A stretch of DNA of 64,000 nucleotides from Eledone cirrhosa. Lineage: Eukaryota. The position numbers were made by a program, and so were the translations under genes. The notes below the pieces were generated by a model that was not told the DNA's origin, did not search any database, and was given only the letters and a program-made list of their open reading frames with translations. The DNA lies in contig OZ024756.1 of assembly GCA_964016885.1 (NCBI GenBank), positions 17,980,001 to 18,044,000 of the forward strand, read 5' to 3'. Below are positions 54,376 through 64,000 of the stretch, piece after piece (within the stretch, counting starts at the first letter, position 1; each line of letters begins with the position of its first letter).

Positions 54376-55850
54376 TTCTAATTTAGTGAAGCTGCAACCA
54401 TTGTCATCGAGCAACGCAACAACAACAACAACAGCAGCAGCAAACAAAACCAATATATAAATATACAGGTAAATAATAATGATATTAATAATAATAATAA
54501 TATGATGGTAATAATAATAACAACAACAACAACAATAAGAAAGAAACAACAGATAAATAGCATAATAACAATAATAATAATAATTGTTTCTACTATTGGC
54601 ACAAGGCCAGCAATTACCCCAGTGCATTACTGGTACTTTATTTTATCGACCCCGTAAGGATGAAAGGCAAAGTTAACCTCGGCGGGATTTGAACTCAGAA
54701 TGGAAAGGGCCGTAACTCTATGCGTCAAAGCATGGCGTCCGACCCTCTAGCGATACTGCCAGAAGAAGAAGAAGAAGAAGAAGAAGAAGAAGAAGAAGAA
54801 GAAGAAGAAGGCAAAGAAGAAGAAGAAGAAGAAGAAGAAGAAGAAGAAGAAGAAGGCAAAGAAGAAGGAGAAAGCAAAGAAGAAGAAGAAGAAGAAGAAG
54901 AAGAAGGCAAAGAAGAAGGAGAAAGCAAAGAAGAAGAAGAAGAAGAAGAAGAAGAAGAAGAAGAAGCAGAAGAAGGCGGAGAAGAAGAAGAAGAAGAAGA
55001 AGAAGAAGACGCAGAAGAAGAAGAAGAAGAAGAAGAAGAAGGCAAAGAAGGAGAAAAGAAGAAGAAGAAGAAGAAGAAGAAGGCAAAGGAGAAGAAGAAT
55101 TTCTTTATTACAAATAATAATAACAATGATAGTCATGAGTATTTCAGAATCCTTCAACAAAACTTCCCATTAACGGTTCTCTTACTTCTTCGCCATGTTT
55201 TCAAGCTATAACAAAGCAGACTAATAACAATTTCCTTTGATACATTTTCTTCGACAGACGCCCACATTCACCTACTTTACATGTAGCTCCGCCATTGCAA
55301 TACACATGTAGCGAGATATATATCGCTTGTAGCGTCGTAAAAAAAAAAAATGAATAAATGAAATATCTCTAAATATATTGATTTCTTACAGAAGCAAAGC
55401 ACCTCAAATTTATTGATTTTTGTAAAAGAGTTTTGGGGAGGAGTGGGTCGGTAATTTAAGCACAAGGTCATTTGGTGATAGGGGGGAAGGAACATTCAAT
55501 TATATCCCTACCAACACCAATACATAACTGGTATTTGATTTATCGACCGAAGACGAAAACTAAAATGAACCTGAACGTAATTCGAACTCCTGACGTAATA
55601 TATTAGCGCCCTCTATCGTTTCTGCCAATCTCCCCAAATATCGCCCAACCATCTTCCCTGTCAATTCTAAACACCTTGCCCGACGCTCTACCGATTTCGC
55701 CAACTCAAGCACACCTTGTCTGATATGTCTGGAGGTTAACAACATTCTAAATAACAACGAAATAATCTGTCTATGAGGAATTGTACAACCCATGCCAACA
55801 TGGAATAAGAACGTAACATAACATGATTACATTTATATATAAATGTGTGT

Positions 55851-55899
<49 letters not shown>

Positions 55900-56272
55900 T
55901 GTGTGTGTGTGTCTGTGTGTGTGTGTGTGTGTGTGAGTGTTCCGTAGAAAATGTAAAGGAAAGAAGAGTGCTCTATCTATAGTACAGAGCTATTTAATAC
56001 ATAATAAACAAACACAATATAATTATTTCATTACCGAAGGTTTCAGGAAACTATATATATTATAGCAGACCACCCGTGACCCGTTGGGTGACCCGTTGGG
56101 TGACGTTCACTTCAAAATATTTTTTTTAAATCATGTTAACTTAAAAATAATTTTTTAGATAATTAAAATATACACAGACATGTATATAATGTGAAATGAA
56201 ACTGGAAGGCCCATATATATACGTGTGTGTGTATGTATACATGTGTGTGTTTGTGTGTACATATATGTATGC

Positions 56273-56330
<58 letters not shown>

Positions 56331-57171
56331 GTGTCTGTGATCTATATACACTGGTCATAGACACACATACACACTCACACATATATATATACACACACAC
56401 TCACATATATAAATATACACAACAACACCACCAGTTCTCTTCCATTCTCCTTCTCTGTCTTCTCTCCCTCTCTCTATGTCTCTCTTTCAATCTACTCTCT
56501 CACAACCACTCTCTCTCTCTTTCTCTCTATCCTTTTCTCTCTCTCTCTCTGTTTATGAAGGTACCCAGAAAAACCCCATATCTCGGGAACCCGTTGTCCG
56601 ATTTACGTGAAACTTGTTTTATTCTATTTGTATTCCCATTTCAGGGTCAACTTCCTTTCAAAGTATTTTCCCATCATACGCCCTTTTGGCTGTATTACAT
56701 TACAGACAAGCAGGCAAACAATCACAGACTTTTAGTATTATATAGATTGTATATATACAAATTTAAGGTATCAAAACATATAAATTATGCTTGATATTTG
56801 TGCTTTTCAATAAAAAAAAAAGCTCTATGGACGTTTGTCTAGAGCAATAATAATTTAGATGAATAGATATATGTAAATATATAGAGAGAGAAACGACCTT
56901 ATATCTTATGAGAATACACAGTATATTGTATATATATAAAGCACATATTCCAAAACAAAATATGTACTATAGATGGAAACAATAAAATTTTTTATAGCGC
57001 TATTTCATGACATGTAATACCAGAAGTTAAAATCAATCTAAGTAATCGATCATCGATCACAAATTATCAATTTGGGTTAGGTTATGGGAGATGCGAATAA
57101 ATCGTCAGAGGAGTCGTCAATTATATAATTTGAAACAAAATATACAGTTGTAATATAATACCTTATACAAT

Positions 57172-57245
57172 ATACCTGTTTATATCTGGAGAGGAAAGGC
57201 CACGAACCAACTCCAAGATGAAACCAACATGGTGTAGTCACAGCG

Positions 57246-57309
<64 letters not shown>

Positions 57310-57383
57310 CGCTGTGACTACACCATGTTGGTTTCATCTTGGAGTTGGTTCGTGGCCTTTCCTCTCCAGATATAAACAGGTAT
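57172..57383. repeat. Perfect 212-bp palindrome centred on (TA)n
   Basis: 76-bp unique arms; the ORF track gives the same peptide on both strands. Confidence 0.95.
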
Positions 57384-58404
57384 TGTATTACAGCCCCACG
57401 TTATACCCTAACGGATATACGTGGATATTTTACGTCTTGATGTGGGAGCTAAGTATATGTTTTGTTTATTCCTTTACTTATTTGCATAGGTAAGTATATA
57501 TTACCCGTATGTTTTGTGAAGGTATGTATACCTTCTCGTACGTATATTTGACTGTTATAGCGTATAATTTTTACATATTCTGGTATTTAGGGTTTGGCTA
57601 TGTGTATACGGGAGTTTTGCGTCCGCGTGAGTGTGCAGGTTCGTACGTATGGTGGGTGTGTGTATATGTGTACTTCTTGTTTTAGTTGACTTACGTCTCC
57701 AAACATTCGTGTATTTATATGTAGGTATGCGTGTGCGCTTGTTATATACGTATTTATTTACTTATATACGTTTATATAATTATTTATTTATTTGTACACA
57801 AGCATACACACACACACATATTTATATGTGCGTGGTTTTGTATACCCATGGTAAGGTTTTGCGTATGCTTGTGTATGTACGTATCTGTTTGCGTGTATGT
57901 ATTTATTTGTTTCTATTACTTCTGTATTGTATTTATTTACTTTGTTCTTAACTCTGTAGCAGAGATTCATTTGATCTCCTAGTTAGAATTTTAGTCTACG
58001 ATTTCTGCTATACCATTTACGTGGTTTTGTCTTTGCGTGCTATTGTTCTCCACGCTCCACATATGACTTATTATCTTCGTTTTTTCGTTCATTGCCAGAG
58101 AACGTCTCTATGCACCACCTAAGAGAACATTAGTCTACGACCTCTTTTATACCATAAACGTGGTTTTGTCTTTGCGCGTAATTGTTTTTCACCGCTCCTA
58201 TTAATGACGTATTATTCGTTTTTTCCCGTTCTTTGCCAGCGAACGTTACCACGAACCAAAGTATCGTCTTCCTGTCTTCCTCCGGTTGCAACGTTTTTTT
58301 GAAATATCCAGTTCTGCGTTTACAGATTGACTTTGTTAGTTTCAGAAGATCCCGTTAAGGGTGAAAGCAGCGATTCTTTGCTTAAACTTTAATCTGTTAT
58401 TTTA

Positions 58405-58451
<47 letters not shown>

Positions 58452-58499
58452 AGACGTAAAATAAGAAAATTATAAAATTAACTTACTTACTAAAATATC

Positions 58500-58582
58500 A
58501 CTTCCAACTAATTAGTTTCTGGAATGGAGTAAATATATTTTCCGAAGAATAATATTGAGAAGCATTCCGTCGTCAGGAAAGT
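58500..58582 (-). ncRNA. Type I hammerhead ribozyme
   Basis: Reverse complement is ACTTTC-CTGACGA-C-GGAATG(36 nt)CATTCC-A-GAAA-CTAATTAG-TT-GGAAGT; stem III is the palindrome ACTAATTAGT. Confidence 0.75.
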
Positions 58583-59040
58583 CTATTCTCATGTAAGTTT
58601 CCAGGCAAAGCGAGGACACTGGAAACTTATTAAAAAATAATTCAGTGGATAGGAAATAGCGAAGCGTGGACTGAATTCCAAGCCATTGAGAAAATCACTG
58701 CCTCTACGTCTGTGGCAAATTCAAAAAGAATCGAACACGTGACATCGAGGTCAATCAGTGGAAAGTGGTTTGCTAATAAGACAGCGGCCTGCCTACAACC
58801 GTAGCAGCAGTCATGGCCAATATTGCTCGACAAATAATTTGGAGATAATAATAAAGAATCCATATCTAGTAACATATATATACATACAGATGCATATCAA
58901 TGCTAGCAAATATATAGGTTTTATCTTAATAACAGTGTGGTTCAATGCATATATATATATACATATATATATGCATATATATATACATATATACTTATAT
59001 ATACATATATATATATATATACATATATACTTATATATAC

Positions 59041-59091
<51 letters not shown>

Positions 59092-59094
59092 CAT

Positions 59095-59265
59095 GGACAC
59101 ACTAGAAGAGGAAGACCAAGGTTAACATATGTTGATGCCCTAAGGACAGACACTGGTCTGTTGGAGATGCAGGATATGGCAGCGATAATGAGGGACAGAG
59201 ACCGCTGGAGAGAACTCGTCCATGGATCTCGGGAATTTTACCCGCCTTAGATAGATAGATAGATA
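59095..59265 (+). mobile_element. RTE-type LINE 3' end
   Basis: [17 protein letters not shown]...[11 protein letters not shown]; (TAGA)n tail. Confidence 0.75.
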
Positions 59266-59267
59266 CA

Positions 59268-59359
<92 letters not shown>

Positions 59360-60334
59360 CTCCTTAACACTAAAGAGACGCCGTACCCTCTGAATGACTA
59401 AATAGTTTTCTTTATTCCATTCTTTCAAACCAAACCTGACTGAAAAGAGGAAAATATTTGGTGAACTATTCAGAGAAAAATATAAGTTTTATGAAGAAGT
59501 GGGGTGCGATTTCGTAAACAAGCTGGTATTGTTGATTGAAGTCATTTAACCTCGCTTACGCCACTGATAATTGGCAGAATCGTTGCAACGTCGTCGGATA
59601 GAATGTTTTGCGATATTCGTTTCGGCTTTCTGCTCTCTGAGTTCAAATCCCGTCGAGGTCAACTTTGCCTTTCATCCTTTCCAGGTCGTTAAAAAAAAAG
59701 TAGCAGTCAAGTACTGAGGTCGATTCTTCCTCTATATCTATTTCTCATTTCTATTCTCTCGTTCTCTCTATCCTTCTCTGGAAGAAATCTGCTGTATTCA
59801 ACCAAGAGACGAGGTGGACTCTGCCAGGTTTTAAAATGCCCTAAAAACGCTGTATATCAATACAGTGCTCCTACGGGTCCATACACGTATGCATGCATGC
59901 CCCTAATATACTTGATACGGACATGAATGTCCCTCATTCTCATTACTCTCATTCATAAATGTTTGACCTTATTCCAAAGTAAGAAATCAATATATAAACG
60001 TGCTACCTTCTTACAAGGAGAAACTCATTGTTTTCGCGCGAATAATAATGCTTATAGATTTTATATAATCTATATAATATTCTAAAAGTCCATGTGTAAT
60101 GAATGCGATTTGATCGATTTGTGATTCGTGATGCACTACAATGCAGCGTAATGTAGTCTAATGTAATTTCGAACTGTAAGAAGCTGCTCGGTGTGGTTAA
60201 GTACGAATTGGTCGAGTTTTACTTCGTATGAAAGCGAGGCTTGCAAATGGCAGTTCTCTGGCTAGTAAACAGCAGAACACTGCCGAAACACGAACTACCT
60301 CCATAATTTAGATAGCTCTCGCCATATTACCACA

Positions 60335-61547
60335 CCTCTAGCTATCACCACATCTGTAGCTATTACATTCTACCTATCACCTACACTAAGCTAGTCTCAC
60401 ATCTGTAACTATCACCACATCTGTAGCTATCTCTACATCTGTAGCTATCTCTACATCTGTAGCTATTACGACATCTCTACCTATCATCTTCATCAAGTTA
60501 GTATCACTACATCTGTAGCTATCACTTATACGAAGTTAGTATCGCTACATCTGTAGCTATCAACAAGACCAAGCTAGTCTCACTACATCTGTAGCTATCA
60601 CCTATACCAAACTAGTCTCACCATATCTGTGGCTATCACTACATCTGTAGCTATTACCTACACCAAGCTAGTTTCACTACATCTGTAGCTATCACCTAGA
60701 CCAAGCTACTCACTACATCTGTAGCTATTACCTACACCAAGCTAGTTTCACTACATCTGTAGCTATAACCTAGACCAAGCTAGTATCACTACATCTGTAG
60801 TCATCACCTTCACCAAGCTAGTCTCACTACATCTGTAGCTATCACCTAGACCAAGCTAGTCTCACTACATCTGTAGTTATCACCTAGACCAAGCTAGTCT
60901 CACTACATCTGTAGCTATCACGTAGACCAAGCTAGTCTCACTACATCTGTAGCTATCACGTAGACCAAGCTAGTCTCACTAGATCTGTAGTTATCACCTA
61001 TACCAAGCTAGTCTCACTACATATGTAGCTATCACCTAGACCAAACTAGTTTCACTACATCTGTGGCTATCACTACATCTGTAGCTATCAGCTAGACCAA
61101 GCTAGTCTCACTACATCTGTAGCTATCACCTAGACCAAACTAGTTTCACTACATCTGTGGCTATCACTACATCTGTAGTTATCAGCTAGACCAAGCTAGT
61201 CTCACTACATCTGTAGCTATCACCTAGACCAAACTAGTTTCACTACATCTGTAGCTATTACCTAGACCAAGCTAGTCTCACTACATCTGTAGCTATCACC
61301 TAGACCAAACTAGTTTCACTACATCTGTAGCTATTACCTATACCAAACTAGTTTCACTACATCTGTAGCTATTACCTAGACCAAGCTCGTCTCACTACAT
61401 CTGTAGCTATCACCTAGACCAAGCTAGTTTCACTACATCTGTAGCTATTACCTAGACCAAGCTAGTCTCACTACATCTGTAGCTATCACCTAGACCAAGC
61501 TAGTATCACCACATCTGTAGCTATCACCTAGACCAAACTAGTTTCAC
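60335..61547. repeat. 38-bp minisatellite (ctacatctgtagctatcacctagaccaagctagtctca), roughly 30 units
   Basis: Seen directly; built from two 19-bp subunits. Confidence 0.93.
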
Positions 61548-61850
61548 GCGGCTTCGACGGTTGTGGTGGTGGTGGTGGTGGTGGTGGTAGTGGGAATAGT
61601 GTTAGCAGGAGTTACTGTTGTTTGGGTGGGGGAGGTACCGTGGTGGTGCTAATGATAATGAGGTTCATCTCTACTATCATACTTTCTCAGTGGAACCCAG
61701 TTTACAGCCCAATCTACTGAGGCATACCAGCGTGTCTTGAGCAGAGAGAGAAAGGAAAGGAAGAAGAGACAGAAATATATAGAAAATGCGTGTGTCGGTG
61801 TGTGGGGGGAACTATGTTTGAGAGAGTGTGTGTATATATATATATATATA

Positions 61851-61986
61851 TTTAGTTATGTAATAAACAACATAAGATAATTATTTCATTTACCAGTGGT
61901 TTCTTGAAGACAGATATAAATATCTGCCTTCAAGAAACCGCTGGTAAATGAAATAATTATCTTATGTTGTTTATTACATAACTAAA
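61851..61986. repeat. 136-bp near-perfect palindrome, same element family as 51225-51555
   Basis: Shares ttatgttgtttattacata..aagctctgttgcctacatagagcactct with 51460-51520; centre at 61918/61919. Confidence 0.9.
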
Positions 61987-62144
61987 AAGCTCTGTTGCCT
62001 ACATAGAGCACTCTCTTTTCCTTTACCTTTCCTACGTAAATACTTCATTTATATATATATATATATATCCTATCCAGGAAGCTCCAACCGTTAAGGTTGT
62101 CTTTTTTTCCGGGTTTGTCAATATTTATTTATAAAACAAATCTG

Positions 62145-62210
62145 TATTTTATCTGATGAAAGCGCACCATAATTCGCCTTGGTTGCCCTTGAAATATGTA
62201 TAATAAAATA
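62145..62210 (+). ncRNA. Type I hammerhead ribozyme, canonical core
   Basis: TATTTTAT-CTGATGA-AAGCGCACCA(10 nt)TGGTTGCCCTT-GAAA-TATGTA-TA-ATAAAATA; perfect 8-bp stem I. Confidence 0.8.
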
Positions 62211-62812
62211 AATATGGTTTTATAAATATAGTTTCCATTTATTAATATATTGTGGAGTTCAAATCCCGCCGAGGTTGACTTTGCCTTTCATCCTTACGGA
62301 GTCGATAAAAAAAAGTACCAGTAATGCACTGGGTAATTGCTGGCCTTGTGCCTAAATTAGAAACAATTAATATATTGTGTATTTACTCCACTAATCTGTT
62401 GAGTGCTTTTTATCAGTTATAAAAATGTGTTTAAGCTTGTTGAATCCCAACAAATTAAATATAACCTCTGCATATATATATGTGTGTGTGTGTGTCTGTA
62501 TGTGTGTGTGTGTGTATGTGTGTGTGTGTGTGTAGTGGGAGCTGTGTTTTAGAGAGTGTTTATATGTATATGTGTGTGTGTGGGGGCAGCTATGTTTGAG
62601 GAAGTGTATATGTATATATATATGTGTGTGTGTATATATATGTGTGTGTATGTAGTGGGAGCTATGTTTGAGAAAGTGTATATGTATATACGTATATATG
62701 TGAGTGTTTGTGTGTGGGGGAGCTATGTTTGAGAGAGTATTAATATATATATGTATATGTATATGTGTGTGTGTGTGTGTGTGTGTATGTAGTGGGAGCT
62801 ACGTTTGAGAGA

Positions 62813-62880
<68 letters not shown>

Positions 62881-63068
62881 CTGTGTGTGGGGGGAGCTGT
62901 TTGAGAGAGTGTATACGTAGATATATATATGTGTGTGTGTGAGTGTGTGTCTGTGTGTAGTGGGTGGTATGGTTGAGAGTGTATATATATATGTGTATAT
63001 ATAAGTGTGTGTATGTGTGTGTTTATGTATGTATATATGAGTGGAGGGGCGGAGCTATGTTAGAGAGA

Positions 63069-63123
<55 letters not shown>

Positions 63124-63227
63124 GGTGTCTGTGTGTGTGCTTTTATATATGTATATACATGTTTGTGCGTGTGTTTATGTTTGAGAGTGTCTGTGGGTGT
63201 TTGTATGTATGTATGTATGTATGTATG

Positions 63228-64000
63228 TATATATATATTTTTTTTCATATATGTGTGTGTGTCTATGTGTGCCTGAGTGTGTGTATTTGAGTGTGTTAGT
63301 GTATATGTGTGTGTGTGTGTGTATTTCAGAGTGTCTTTGTATGTATATATATTTTTTTTCATATATGTGTGTGTATCTATGTGTGCCTGAGTGTGTGTAT
63401 TTGAGTGTGTTAGTGTATATATGTGTATGTGTGTATTTCAGAGTGTCTTTGTATGTATATATATTTTTTTTTCATATATGTGTGTGTGTCTATGTGTGCC
63501 TGAGTGTGTGTATTTGAGTGTGTTAGTGTATATATGTGTATGTGTGTATTTCAGAGTGTCTTTGTATGTATATATATTTTTTTTTCATATATGTGTGTGT
63601 GTCTATGTGTGCCTGAGTGTGTGTATTTGAGTGTGTTAGTGTATATATGTGTATGTGTGTATTTCAGAGTGTCTTTGTATGTATATATATTTTTTTTTCA
63701 TATATGTGTGTGTATCTATGTGTGCCTGAGTGTGTGTATTTGAGTGTGTTAGTGTATATATGTGTATGTGTGTATTTCAGAGTGTCTTTGTATGTATATA
63801 TATTTTTTTTTCATATATGTGTGTGTGTCTATGTGTGCCTGAGTGTGTGTATTTGAGTGTGTTAGTGTATATATGTGTATGTGTGTATTTCAGAGTGTCT
63901 TTGTATGTATATATATTTTTTTTTCATATATGTGTGTGTGTCTATGTGTGCCTGAGTGTGTGTATTTGAGTGTGTTAGTGTATATATGTGTATGTGTGTA
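63228..64000. repeat. 113-bp tandem satellite, about 7 near-identical copies, running off the window
   Basis: Near-identical ORFs start at 63391, 63504, 63617 and 63730 (period 113). Confidence 0.95.

Noticed and set aside
54720-55211. 163-aa Glu-rich ORF
   Set aside because: A (GAA)n microsatellite abutting a SINE.
60335-63075. CRISPR-like appearance of the 38-bp repeat and of the motif-plus-spacer array
   Set aside because: Eukaryotic context, no unique spacers (units are contiguous or separated by microsatellite), and no cas genes.

Overview
AT-rich, microsatellite- and transposon-dense animal DNA. The SINE/RTE/Penelope repertoire and (CAT)n/(TA)n tails suggest a coleoid cephalopod such as Octopus (inference). 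Almost all long ORFs in the supplied track are microsatellite artefacts. Reading the splice sites by hand gives two real spliced genes lying tail-to-tail. (1) Plus strand, <1-15041: a type I membrane Ig-superfamily receptor (V-set end, C2-like Ig, I-set Ig, Ser/Thr/Pro stalk, TM helix, Tyr-motif tail). Its C2-like exon is tandemly duplicated, and the two copies differ by about 31 amino acids but only about 4 silent changes, making them candidate diversified, alternatively spliced cassettes. One cytoplasmic exon carries an apparent +1 frameshift. (2) Minus strand, 46162-30870: ten in-phase exons of a TMEM145 homologue; its 5' exons are not visible and may lie in the N-gap at 48080-48279. Non-coding DNA holds about 12 type I hammerhead-ribozyme motifs, several with intact cores. 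Many sit in (TA)n-flanked fold-back elements typical of Penelope-like retroelement termini, and a Penelope GIY-YIG fragment lies at 48.3-48.9 kb. The rest is tRNA-derived SINEs, RTE/CR1/Tx1 LINE fragments, hAT/piggyBac/Tc1-mariner MITEs and tandem repeats.
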